Below are positions 19,588 to 29,324 of a stretch of DNA of 64,000 nucleotides, piece by piece. The DNA is from an uncultured virus (IMG/VR IMGVR_UViG_3300043567_001092). Taxonomy: Duplodnaviria > Heunggongvirae > Uroviricota > Caudoviricetes. The DNA lies in the IMG/VR virus record IMGVR_UViG_3300043567_001092. One strand, written 5' to 3'. The notes beneath the pieces were generated by a model, which was not told where the DNA came from, did no database searches, and saw only the letters and a program-made list of their open reading frames with translations. The translations under genes were made by a program, and so were the position numbers. Position 1 is the stretch's first letter. Each line of letters opens with the position of its first letter.

Positions 19588-22500
19588 ATGTCTAAATTTA
19601 AACAATTGATTAATTGCCATTCTCACAGCGATTCTTCATTAGATGGTGCTTCCACCGTATCAGATATATTAAAAAGAAATCAAGAACTTGGAGCAACTCA
19701 CACAAGCTTAACTGAACATGGTAATTTAAATTCTGCCATGGATCTGTATACAAAAGCGAAAAAATATGATCAAATCCCAATACTTGGAATGGAAGCTTAT
19801 TTAGTTAACCCATTCCATGAGGAATATGTTCAAATGTACAGAAAAGCTTATCAGCAAGGTGTGTGGAAGCCTAGAATCAAGGATACTAACCTTGAGGCAA
19901 TTGAGAGAGCTATTCAAGCAAAGGCAATGAACCAATACCTCCACATAACTATTCATTTTAAAGATAAGTGGGCATACCAGTATTTTTGCGGCCTTTCTAA
20001 GGCTATGTGGGATAGAGCAATTAAGAAGTTTGATGAATTAAAGCCAATGTTAACCATGGATGAATTGCGAGGAGCAGCAGGGCACATAACAATTGGTTCT
20101 GGGTGTCTTAAAGGTCCTCTTCAGAACTTTTTATTGTCGTCAAAAGATGGAATTATTAAGGCTGATCCAGAAAAATCCCAACAAATGTATAGATGGTTAA
20201 AAGAAATTTCTGGTGAAGACTTTTTTGTTGAAGTTTTTCCACACGAAATAACGTCTACATGGGTAGCACCAGAAAAAGACCACTCTGGAAACATTATTAA
20301 GCAGGGTTATTTTAAACCACATGAGTGTACTTGCGATATGCCTGATGGAGATTTGCAGCATGTGCCAAATCAATTTGTTTTAAATTTAGCAGAACAAAAT
20401 AAAGAAAAAGTACTGATATCCCTTGATAGCCACTTTGCTTATGAGCGCCAAAGAGTTGTCCAAGAAGCAAGATTGGGCCAAGGCGATGAGCAATGGAAAT
20501 TTTCTAACAGCTATCATGTAATGTCTACAGATGAGGCTGCTAATATCTTACAAAAGAAATTAAAAGTTTCAGATAAAAAAATTGAAGAATGGGTTGATAA
20601 CTCGCATGAGTGGGCGTCTAAATTTAATAATTTCAAATTAGAGACATCAAAAGATAGATGGGTTTTAGTCGGAGATAGTGAAAGATTTCTTAGCAAAATG
20701 AAGTCTACAATAGATAAATGGGGCAGGATGGATTGGTCCGACAAACAAATGATGGATCGACTTAAATATGAAATCCAAGTACTTGCCTATAACGGAACAG
20801 TGAACCTTCTGTCATATTTTGAGACCATAGAAGACATATCATCTTTTTGTAAAGAAAATAATGTACTAATGAACGTTAGGGGTAGCGCCTCTGGGTCTTT
20901 GTTACTATACTTAATCGGCGTGAGTGCAGTAAATCCTCTCAAACATGATCTTTCTTTTGCCAGATTCCTAACTGAGGGTCGTATTAACGCAAATTCTATC
21001 CCAGACGTTGATATGGACGTTTCTAATCAAGAGAAAGTAATAGATTACATTAAAAATAAATACGGAGAGTCATATTGCCGCCTCTCAACAGACCTTCTTT
21101 TAAGATTAAAATCATCTATAAAAGATGCAGAAAGAGCAGTTTTTGGAAAAGTTAATCCAGAAACAGAGAAAATGTGTACAAAGTTACCATCTGCTCCACA
21201 AGGAACTGATGATCATTCGTTTGTTTTTGGATACGAAGATTCTGGTAACCATTTACCTGGTTTATTAGAAACAAATCCAGCATTAAATAGCTATGCTGCA
21301 AAAAATCCAACAATTTGGAATACTGTTGTCGAAATGATGGGTATACAAAGATCGAAAAGCAGCCATGCTTGTGGATTATTGATTGCAGACGCGCCTATTA
21401 CAAACTATATTCCAATTATTAAAGTTGGAGACGAATGGGTAACAGCATTCTCTCCAAAAGCTGCAGAGGCTGCTGGATTGGTTAAATTTGACTTACTTGG
21501 CCTTAATACTTTGAGAGACATACAATTAACCGTACAATCAATTAAAGAGCGTACTGGAGAAGTCGTAGATCCATTTAACTTACCTCAAGATCCATTGTGT
21601 TACGAAAAATTCGCACAAGGTATCACAGATGGAGTTTTTCAATTTGACACTCCAACCGTAAGACCATTTTTAATGAAAGTTAAACCACAAGATGTGGAAG
21701 GATTAGCAGCTCTCACAAGCTTATGCAGACCAGGAACCTTAGATGCTCCAAATGGAGATGGAAGAACTCTTGCTGAAGTGTATGTGGCCAGAGCATTGGG
21801 TGAGCCAATAACTTATGTACATAATGATTTAGAGCCAATCTTAAAAAGTACGTATGGAGTTCAATTGTTTCAGGAGCAAACTATTAGAATTTTCCAAGAT
21901 ATTGGCGGAATGACGGATGCTGAGGCAGATGAAGTTCGTCGCGGTATCGGTAAGAAAGATAGAAAAGTTCTTGATAAAGCCTCTTCTATTTTAAGAGAAA
22001 AATGTTTATCTAGAGGCTGGACAGAAGAGCAAGTTAACCTATTAGTTGATCAGATTCTAGCGTCTTCAAATTATGGATTTAATAAAAGCCATGCAATTTC
22101 ATACAGCTATACAGCGTATGCTTGTATGTATTTAAAAACTCATTATAAATTAGACTGGTGGAAAGCTTTATTAACTAATTCAACTAAAGAAGAACTTGCA
22201 ACAAAATTCTGGAAAAGCGTACAAGATTTCACCGATCTCCCAGACATTAATATGTCATCTGATGAATATAAAATTATTGGTGATAGAATTATAACTCCGC
22301 TTTCAATCTTAACTGGCGTCGGCGAAAAGGCTTATGAAGATTTAATTAGGCACAGACCGTATACTTCTTTAGAGCATTTTGTTAGTTGTCATTTTGTAAC
22401 TAAAGAAGAAGATAAAGCCAAAAAATTAGCAAAAAAAGCAAAGCAAGAAACTGGCGAAAGTACAAAATCTGTTAAAAAATCAGCAGTAAATGTCGGAATA

Positions 22501-23328
22501 GTCCATAAAATTATTGCCGCAGGCATTTTGGATTCACTATTTGAACCAGACCTCCTAATTGAAGAGAAGTTATTATCTTTTGAGCGTATGAGGGGTGAAG
22601 TGACTGGTAAAAAAGTGGAAAAAGTTCCAGAAGAATATACTGGTACATCGCAACTTGGAAAGTATTTACTTAAAAAACAACTTATACAAGTATATTCTCA
22701 GGACCTTAGATCAATTGTTCTTCCTAATAGAGGAGGAAAATGTTCTGCTGCGAAAGTCTCTCCAGATTCTGAAATGTGGTACACCCAAGATGGAATTCCC
22801 GTTTTAGATGGAAATCAATTGGAATATTTTAAAAACAAATTTAATCAAGGTGTTCCAACTTACCTACTTGTAAATCAGTTTGACAAGCTTTTGCCGGCAA
22901 ATTCTAATAATGTTAACTTAAGCCAAATCAGCCAAGATGAGAGACGTTTTTATACTGTTGCGTATGTTATTAGCGAAAAATCTTTTCCGTATAAAAATAA
23001 AACAAAATATGCAAATAAGCTTGTTTTGGATATAAACGGGTTCTTCTCGGAAGAAATTTTGTGGCCAACTAGAGTTGATTACAAAGAAAGAGACAGAAAA
23101 GAAGAGCTTGAAGCAAAGCGTATTAGAGATGGCAAACCGCCAAGAGTTTTTACACAAGAAGAAATTGAAATTGAAAAAAGAAAATTATTAGAGCAAGATG
23201 TTGCCCCAATAGGATTCAAAAAACTACCAGTCCTAGCGTCGTTTTACTTGAGTAAACGAGGGGTTGCGCTTGGAAGTATTACTCCGCTAATTAAAGAAGA
23301 AGACTTAGAACGATTCAATATGACTTGA
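19588..23328 (+). CDS. dnaE: DNA polymerase III alpha subunit (family C)
   Basis: PHP domain HSHSDSSLDG/TEHG/LDSH, RGSASGSL, PDVDMD, HACG, KFDLLGL, GVFQF, YGFNKSHA. Confidence 0.96.
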   Translation: MSKFKQLINCHSHSDSSLDGASTVSDILKRNQELGATHTSLTEHGNLNSAMDLYTKAKKYDQIPILGMEAYLVNPFHEEYVQMYRKAYQQGVWKPRIKDTNLEAIERAIQAKAMNQYLHITIHFKDKWAYQYFCGLSKAMWDRAIKKFDELKPMLTMDELRGAAGHITIGSGCLKGPLQNFLLSSKDGIIKADPEKSQQMYRWLKEISGEDFFVEVFPHEITSTWVAPEKDHSGNIIKQGYFKPHECTCDMPDGDLQHVPNQFVLNLAEQNKEKVLISLDSHFAYERQRVVQEARLGQGDEQWKFSNSYHVMSTDEAANILQKKLKVSDKKIEEWVDNSHEWASKFNNFKLETSKDRWVLVGDSERFLSKMKSTIDKWGRMDWSDKQMMDRLKYEIQVLAYNGTVNLLSYFETIEDISSFCKENNVLMNVRGSASGSLLLYLIGVSAVNPLKHDLSFARFLTEGRINANSIPDVDMDVSNQEKVIDYIKNKYGESYCRLSTDLLLRLKSSIKDAERAVFGKVNPETEKMCTKLPSAPQGTDDHSFVFGYEDSGNHLPGLLETNPALNSYAAKNPTIWNTVVEMMGIQRSKSSHACGLLIADAPITNYIPIIKVGDEWVTAFSPKAAEAAGLVKFDLLGLNTLRDIQLTVQSIKERTGEVVDPFNLPQDPLCYEKFAQGITDGVFQFDTPTVRPFLMKVKPQDVEGLAALTSLCRPGTLDAPNGDGRTLAEVYVARALGEPITYVHNDLEPILKSTYGVQLFQEQTIRIFQDIGGMTDAEADEVRRGIGKKDRKVLDKASSILREKCLSRGWTEEQVNLLVDQILASSNYGFNKSHAISYSYTAYACMYLKTHYKLDWWKALLTNSTKEELATKFWKSVQDFTDLPDINMSSDEYKIIGDRIITPLSILTGVGEKAYEDLIRHRPYTSLEHFVSCHFVTKEEDKAKKLAKKAKQETGESTKSVKKSAVNVGIVHKIIAAGILDSLFEPDLLIEEKLLSFERMRGEVTGKKVEKVPEEYTGTSQLGKYLLKKQLIQVYSQDLRSIVLPNRGGKCSAAKVSPDSEMWYTQDGIPVLDGNQLEYFKNKFNQGVPTYLLVNQFDKLLPANSNNVNLSQISQDERRFYTVAYVISEKSFPYKNKTKYANKLVLDINGFFSEEILWPTRVDYKERDRKEELEAKRIRDGKPPRVFTQEEIEIEKRKLLEQDVAPIGFKKLPVLASFYLSKRGVALGSITPLIKEEDLERFNMT

Positions 23329-23372
23329 TTAATAATATTAAATGTGGTATATTTATAACAAAGGAGACTACG

Positions 23373-24122
23373 ATGTTAAAAGATATTTTAAAAAGATTGT
23401 CAGACAAAGAGGCTGAAGCAGCAATTAATCCAGAGGATGTTGACCCACGTGTTAGAGCCGGTGTTGAGGCAATTGTAAGAAATGCTAAAGTAGATCTAGT
23501 GGCTATTGAAAAAGAATACAAAGAAGCCGTTATGAATAATGTAGTTCTTATTGGTGTTTATGGCGATTATTCAAAAGAATTTGTTAACATTGCAGAAGGC
23601 ATGGGCGCTCTAGCTGTGAATTTCACTGAAATCGTAGAAACTTTATCAAACAATTTGTTGTCAGCTCAATTAGGAAATGTGTACACTTCAAATGTACATT
23701 TCGCCTTATTAGGAGAATTGTCTAGAATTCGCTTAAAATATGATATAGTATCTTTACCAACTCCTATAATTAACAATTATAATGATAATGTTTATGATCA
23801 ACCAATTGAAGTTGCTGTACGTAGACTTTTAGAAAAGAATTACGGTTCTAGTTTACAATCAGCAGTTACCAGAAGAGAAATTGGTAGAAAAGCTTTAGAA
23901 GCAAGATTTTCAGGAAAGAAACTTCCAGTCATGGTATATAACCTACTAGAAAGAGTCGATACAAGATTTCTTCCTGACCCATCTGCTGACATTGTTTCAA
24001 ATTCAGTGCCAAATGAAACAGTAGTTAAAAAGAAATTAACAGAGGTTAAAAACCTCTTGAATAAATCCCAAAACAATGGCCAAAGTGCCCAAACAGACGA
24101 GGAGTTAGAAGATGAGCAATAG
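23373..24122 (+). CDS. Hypothetical protein
   Basis: Start moved to ATG 23373 (AAGGAG RBS); TTGATT-17-TATATT promoter at 23325-23353. Confidence 0.6.
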   Translation: MLKDILKRLSDKEAEAAINPEDVDPRVRAGVEAIVRNAKVDLVAIEKEYKEAVMNNVVLIGVYGDYSKEFVNIAEGMGALAVNFTEIVETLSNNLLSAQLGNVYTSNVHFALLGELSRIRLKYDIVSLPTPIINNYNDNVYDQPIEVAVRRLLEKNYGSSLQSAVTRREIGRKALEARFSGKKLPVMVYNLLERVDTRFLPDPSADIVSNSVPNETVVKKKLTEVKNLLNKSQNNGQSAQTDEELEDEQ

Positions 24123-25197
24123 TAATGTTTTAATCGGTAAAAGTAGCTGGGGTAAAGGAAACTTCGGAAATTCAGGAGTAAGTTCTGGATCTTCATGGTT
24201 TTATGTTGAAGACAACAAAGATAATGTGTATAGAGTGTTACCTCCAATCAAAAGCCTTGCTCAAGAAGGAAAGGTGTTGAAATATTACAGAACACACCGT
24301 GGATTTCGTGGATCAGATGGTCGTCAAAAACCATTTATTTGTATTGAACAATCTGATTATAAAACAAAGCTAATTAGAACGCATTGTCCAGTTTGTGATT
24401 TAGTTTCAGAATTAACACAAGAGTTAGAAAAGGCACGTGCAAAAGGTGCAACTCAAGAACAATTAACTGAATTCCGTAACAAAAACATTTTTCCTATCCA
24501 AGTTGAAAGCAAGTACTATTTAAATGTTGTTAATCAAGATGGTAAAATTGGAATTTTGCCAATTGGTTCAAAAATGAAAAATGCCCTTGAAGCTTTAGCA
24601 AAAGAGCAAGAGAAAAAAGGACGCGACATTTCTGGTATGGAAGGTGTTTTCATTAACTTTAAAAAAGCTACACGTTATAAAGGCGACAGAGATGCTGTCC
24701 ATAGCGTAGAGATTTTCATGAGACCAGATAATGATGGATCTTTCAGATATGCAACTCATACAATTACGGCTGAATTTGCAGAAAGAATTGGAAAAGAAGC
24801 TGCAGATTTAAATAACATCTTTAAGTCATTAGATGCTGACCAAATTGCTAGAATTGTTTCTCTTGAAGGAGAAGACAGAGCTGCTTATGTTGATTCATTG
24901 TTCCTCGCTCCAGAGCGTCAAGAGTCTACACAATCAACTGTTCCTGGTGGTAATTTTACTGCAGTTTCACGCGTAGAATCATCAGAAAACGGCGGTTTTA
25001 CAGTTCAGCAACCAACTTTGCCAACTAATTTTTATTCAGGATCTACAACTATGCCAGATAATTCTGGATCTTTCCAAGGAAATCAAAGAGTAAGCACTCC
25101 AGATTTATTTGGAAGTCCTAAAGCTTCATCTGCACCTATTAGCAGTTTGAGTGATGATGATTTCATGGCAATGGTTAAACCTCAAAGCAGAGGTTAA
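24112..25197 (+). CDS. T4 gp32-like single-stranded DNA-binding protein
   Basis: YRVLPP, C...HCPVC, KYYLNVV, acidic/aromatic tail SDDDFM; position before recA. Confidence 0.75.
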   Translation: MSNSNVLIGKSSWGKGNFGNSGVSSGSSWFYVEDNKDNVYRVLPPIKSLAQEGKVLKYYRTHRGFRGSDGRQKPFICIEQSDYKTKLIRTHCPVCDLVSELTQELEKARAKGATQEQLTEFRNKNIFPIQVESKYYLNVVNQDGKIGILPIGSKMKNALEALAKEQEKKGRDISGMEGVFINFKKATRYKGDRDAVHSVEIFMRPDNDGSFRYATHTITAEFAERIGKEAADLNNIFKSLDADQIARIVSLEGEDRAAYVDSLFLAPERQESTQSTVPGGNFTAVSRVESSENGGFTVQQPTLPTNFYSGSTTMPDNSGSFQGNQRVSTPDLFGSPKASSAPISSLSDDDFMAMVKPQSRG

Positions 25198-25198
25198 T

Positions 25199-25750
25199 AT
25201 GTCAAGGACATTAACCGTTCCTAGAGGTGTTGCTGGAAAGCCGCCTCTAGAATTAGAAATGTCCCTAATAGATGATGCTGAGAGTCGCCTTCACGAAGTG
25301 CGGCTCTCTTCTTCTGCTACTTCTAAAGATCTTGAAGGTTTATTTAACGAGGCTGCTAATATGGTAACAAAATATTTAGCATGGGTTAAATACGAACTTT
25401 TGAGAGCTGAAAAAGAGCATGAGCTTAATAGAGCTACTGTTATTTTAGATAAAGCTCCAGAAGAAGCAAAGCGTCTAAAAGATGCTGGTATAAAGCTAAA
25501 TGAAGATATTAGAGAAGCGTTAATTGCTAGAGATGAGGATTGTCAAAAGTCATTAGACGTTTTGAATTCATTGAAAGCAGTTGAGGCGCTACTTCTCGCT
25601 TCATCTCAAACATTTATTAGGGCACACTATAGTGCTAGATCTGTAGCATCAGCAAAAGAAACTGCACCAACACCAAATCTTGGCTATAGCGTAGGCGATC
25701 TTACAGAAAAAGAACAACCCAATTTTATGGGAAAGTCTAATTGGAAATAG
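25199..25750 (+). CDS. Possible UvsY-like recombination mediator
   Basis: All-helical, between SSB and recA, EDIREALIARDED; start moved to ATG 25199 (GAGG RBS). Confidence 0.4.
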   Translation: MSRTLTVPRGVAGKPPLELEMSLIDDAESRLHEVRLSSSATSKDLEGLFNEAANMVTKYLAWVKYELLRAEKEHELNRATVILDKAPEEAKRLKDAGIKLNEDIREALIARDEDCQKSLDVLNSLKAVEALLLASSQTFIRAHYSARSVASAKETAPTPNLGYSVGDLTEKEQPNFMGKSNWK

Positions 25751-25754
25751 AAAT

Positions 25755-25783
25755 TTGACAAGTATACCTTTAAATGGTATGCT
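25755..25783 (+). promoter_or_regulatory. Sigma70-type promoter for recA
   Basis: TTGACA-N17-TATGCT with TGn. Confidence 0.75.
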
Positions 25784-25803
25784 TGTCTTACAAGGAGATT
25801 TTA

Positions 25804-26889
25804 ATGGGCAAATTTTTATCAAAATTACGTAATTTAGAAGGCGCAGTTAAACCAGAAGATGGAGAAGCAGCGTTATTAAATTGTCTTAAAACACCAAGTC
25901 CAAGTGTTAACTGGACTTTTGCTGCTCCTGGAGCCGGAATTCCGTTTGGAACAGGTACTTTACTATATGGTCCTCCCAAATCTGGAAAATCAGTTTTCAT
26001 CTCTTCTATCGTCGGACAATTACATCAAGACGATCCGGAAGCGATAGTTGTTAAATTTGATACAGAGCTTAGAGGTACATTTCAAAATAATTCTCATAAT
26101 TTAGCTAAATTTGGTATTGATCAAGATAGATATATTATGTATGATGCTAATTCACCAGAAATGATTTTTGACAGAATTGAGCATGATATCGCTGCAGCTT
26201 GCCAAGACGGTGAGAAAATTAAAATGATCGTAATCGACTCATTGAGCGGTATTGCAGGTAGACGCTCACTAAATGCAACTTCAGTTAATACACAGCAAAT
26301 TGGGGACCAAGCTGCAACGATCAAAGACGGTCTTGCTAGAATTTTACCAGTAATCAGAAAATATAAAATTGCTCTTGTTTGTACAGCTCATATTCGCGCT
26401 GAAATGGATATTAAAGAGCAAATGAGAGGAAATACTGTTAAAATGCAAGCAAGTTTTGCAACTAAACACGTTTTCGAGTACTTCTGTTCAATTGAACCGA
26501 ATCGTTCTAAGGACGGAAAAGTTAATCTAGCTGGTGAAGAGTTTGTAGATAAAGATATCGTTGATTTTATGGATAAGAGCCAAAAAACAGGCCATAAGAT
26601 TAGATTTAAAGTAGTAGATTCATCGTTTGCTTATTCGGGCAGAACGGCTGAGTTTACCCTTGATTATGCCAACGGGATTGTAAATCAATATGAAGAAATC
26701 TTTACTTTATCAGTTAATATGGGTATCATCGAACGACCTAATAATGTTACTTATAAATACGGCGAAAATACGTATAGAGGTATTGTGGCCATGTTAACAG
26801 CAATTAGAGATAATGAAGGATTGTATAAAGAATTGGAAACAAAAATCATAGAACATGATTTCAATTATCTAAGAAGCCCTAAAAAATAA
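25804..26889 (+). CDS. recA: RecA/UvsX-like recombinase
   Basis: YGPPKSGKS, FDTE, IVIDSL, IGDQA; start at 25804 after AAGGAG. Confidence 0.9.
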   Translation: MGKFLSKLRNLEGAVKPEDGEAALLNCLKTPSPSVNWTFAAPGAGIPFGTGTLLYGPPKSGKSVFISSIVGQLHQDDPEAIVVKFDTELRGTFQNNSHNLAKFGIDQDRYIMYDANSPEMIFDRIEHDIAAACQDGEKIKMIVIDSLSGIAGRRSLNATSVNTQQIGDQAATIKDGLARILPVIRKYKIALVCTAHIRAEMDIKEQMRGNTVKMQASFATKHVFEYFCSIEPNRSKDGKVNLAGEEFVDKDIVDFMDKSQKTGHKIRFKVVDSSFAYSGRTAEFTLDYANGIVNQYEEIFTLSVNMGIIERPNNVTYKYGENTYRGIVAMLTAIRDNEGLYKELETKIIEHDFNYLRSPKK

Positions 26890-26907
26890 TTTTTAATTAA
26901 AAAGGTT

Positions 26908-26937
26908 CTCCTGTGGAAACACTCCACAGGAGTTTTT
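26908..26937 (+). terminator. Intrinsic terminator hairpin containing the HNH gene RBS
   Basis: CTCCTGTGGA-AACAC-TCCACAGGAG-TTTTT immediately followed by ATG 26938. Confidence 0.8.
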
Positions 26938-27636
26938 ATGAAAAATTGTAAAAAATGTAATAATATTTTTGATAAAAGTTTTTTTAATAAAAGCAATCAA
27001 ACAAAAGATGGACTTACTTTTTATTGTAAGTCATGCATTTCTATAAAAAAAGCTGATTATTATATTAGAAATAGAGAAAAAATTAAACAAAAATCTTCAG
27101 AAATAAGCAAAACTGATTACGCAAAAGAAAAAAGAAAAGAAAGAGAATCATCCAAAGAATACAAAGATAGAATGAAAGAATACAGATCTACAGAAGCGTA
27201 TAAAAATAAAATAAAAGAAAGACGCCATTTGATAAGACAATATCAGGCTAAATGTAGATCAAAACTAGAGCAAAAAGAAAAGCGAAGAGCTAGACAGAGG
27301 AAGCGTATAACTAGCGACGTTGATTTTAAACTGGCAAGAAATTTAAGAAAGAGACTGAATATGGCAATTAAAAAGTGTCAAAAATCCGGCTCAACAGTCA
27401 AAGATTTAGGATGTTCTATACCTGAATTAAAATTATATTTAGAATCAAAATTCCAACCAGGTATGTCTTGGGATAATTATGGGCTTTATGGCTGGCATAT
27501 AGACCATATTATACCGTTATCAAGTTTTAATCTCTCAATTAGAGAAGAGTTTCTTAAAGCTTGTAATTATACCAACTTACAACCAATGTGGGCAGTAGAT
27601 AACCTCATTAAAGGGGCTAAAATATATGCGTTATAA
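26938..27636 (+). CDS. Free-standing HNH homing endonuclease
   Basis: N-terminal CKKC...CKSC, basic helical linker, WHIDHIIPLSSF...YTNLQPMWAVDNLIKG. Confidence 0.85.
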   Translation: MKNCKKCNNIFDKSFFNKSNQTKDGLTFYCKSCISIKKADYYIRNREKIKQKSSEISKTDYAKEKRKERESSKEYKDRMKEYRSTEAYKNKIKERRHLIRQYQAKCRSKLEQKEKRRARQRKRITSDVDFKLARNLRKRLNMAIKKCQKSGSTVKDLGCSIPELKLYLESKFQPGMSWDNYGLYGWHIDHIIPLSSFNLSIREEFLKACNYTNLQPMWAVDNLIKGAKIYAL

Positions 27637-28627
27637 GATTATAGATTTCCTGTCTGAAAATGGATTGGAATACAAAGAAAAAAGCAGAACAATTCATACA
27701 GAATGTCCTGTATGTCACAGTAGCGATAAATTCAGTATTCTAAAAGAAAATGGATCTTGTATTTGTTATAGAGGCTCTTGCTCTTTCGGTCGCCAGTGGT
27801 TCCCAAGTTTTGTATCATTGGTATCTGGAATAACAGAAAAAGAAGCAAGAAAAATGCTATATGGAAAAGATGAAAGAATTAAACAAGTAAAATCATCGGA
27901 TTGGCAAATTAAACTTGAGTTAGATGATGAAGAACAGCACAGTGAACCATCTCCATTAGATGGAATACCAACCGTTACGTATCCAGAATGGTTTATGCTA
28001 GATATTGATTCATCGGAATCATCAGATGGCCTTAATTATTTGCTTTCGAGAGGTATTACCCTTGAAATGGCCAAAAAATATGATATTAAATATTCAAAAT
28101 TCTATAGAAGAGTTTACCTTCCAATAAAAATGAATGGCGAAGTATACGGATATCAAGGAAGAGCAATAGATAAAGTTGCTGAAAAAGATAGAATGAGAAA
28201 TAACGAAGGATTCAGACGTGACACTTTTGTCATGTTTGCGGATAATTTAATTGGTGCAGAACATGTTATAATATCTGAAGGCCCTTTTGATGCAATGAAA
28301 TTTGAACAAGTTGGTGGAAGCGTTTCTACACTTGGAAAAGTGGTGACAAATAAGCAGTTGCAGATCATAAAAAATTATGGCATAATGAAAGTGTACCTTG
28401 CCCTGGATGAAGATGCTGCAAGCGAAATTAATGAACTTGGAAACATTTTAAGAAGAGATGGACTAGAAGTTTATCGAATAGAAGTGCCGCAATCTTGCAT
28501 AGATAGATGTGAAAAGCTTGGAAAAAAGGCAGATATTGGCGAATGTACGTTTGAAGAGGCTGCACTGGCATTTAAAAACGCCTACAAGCTAGATAGAATG
28601 AAACTGTTATTACACCTAAGAGGTTAG
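27626..28627 (+). CDS. dnaG: DNA primase (DnaG-type)
   Basis: CPVC...C...C zinc finger, GYQGR, TOPRIM SEGPFDA and LALDED. Confidence 0.9.
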   Translation: MRYKIIDFLSENGLEYKEKSRTIHTECPVCHSSDKFSILKENGSCICYRGSCSFGRQWFPSFVSLVSGITEKEARKMLYGKDERIKQVKSSDWQIKLELDDEEQHSEPSPLDGIPTVTYPEWFMLDIDSSESSDGLNYLLSRGITLEMAKKYDIKYSKFYRRVYLPIKMNGEVYGYQGRAIDKVAEKDRMRNNEGFRRDTFVMFADNLIGAEHVIISEGPFDAMKFEQVGGSVSTLGKVVTNKQLQIIKNYGIMKVYLALDEDAASEINELGNILRRDGLEVYRIEVPQSCIDRCEKLGKKADIGECTFEEAALAFKNAYKLDRMKLLLHLRG

Positions 28628-28628
28628 A

Positions 28629-29321
28629 ATGGTTAAGAAAAACAACGTAAAAGATTCATTTGAATTATGCTACTTAAGATCCAGAGCAGCTAAATCAGCA
28701 TTTGATAAAAAAGATAAGATTAATGTATTGCTGCAGCAGCCATTCTTTGAGAAGGCTGTACAAGTTGCTTCAAAAGAAGTATATCGTAAAGCTGAGAATT
28801 CATTAAATCACTTTGGGTACTTCCTAGAAGACATTAGAAGTATTGCCAGAGTCTATGGTTTACAATTTGCAAATCATGAATTTTCAAATAAAAAGAATTC
28901 TGATCTAACAATTCCTTTAACAAAGTTTATTATTCAAAGATTGAACACATTTATCACGCTTCTTAATAGAAAATTTGAAACAAATGAATTTTCAATATCA
29001 AATACAGACACTTCACTCCTATTGGATATTGTTCCAGATGATTCTTTATCGCCAATAAAGGATGATGATGTAGTTATTTTGGAACCAGTAAAAACTAAAA
29101 ATAGTAAAAAAGAAACAAAAGCTTTAAGTAAAAAGATTCAAAAAAACATAGACTTATATGCACCAAGGTTGGCCGAACTCGCCACATCTAAGCATACTGG
29201 GTACTTTATTAGAAAAAAAGCCAGATCAATTTGTAAAAAATGTGGTATAAATTACTTAGAGATAACTTTGGCCAAAATTAAGAAACATAATTTGGACCCA
29301 AACCAATTTGCATTGAGGTAA
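28629..29321 (+). CDS. Hypothetical basic protein (weak sigma region-2 resemblance)
   Basis: 230 aa between primase and helicase; FGYFLEDIRSIARV...LTKFIIQRL. Confidence 0.5.
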   Translation: MVKKNNVKDSFELCYLRSRAAKSAFDKKDKINVLLQQPFFEKAVQVASKEVYRKAENSLNHFGYFLEDIRSIARVYGLQFANHEFSNKKNSDLTIPLTKFIIQRLNTFITLLNRKFETNEFSISNTDTSLLLDIVPDDSLSPIKDDDVVILEPVKTKNSKKETKALSKKIQKNIDLYAPRLAELATSKHTGYFIRKKARSICKKCGINYLEITLAKIKKHNLDPNQFALR

Positions 29322-29324
29322 GAA

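Noticed and set aside
23373..24122. Nucleotide kinase call (VLIGVYG...)
   Set aside because: No GK[ST] P-loop; resemblance too weak
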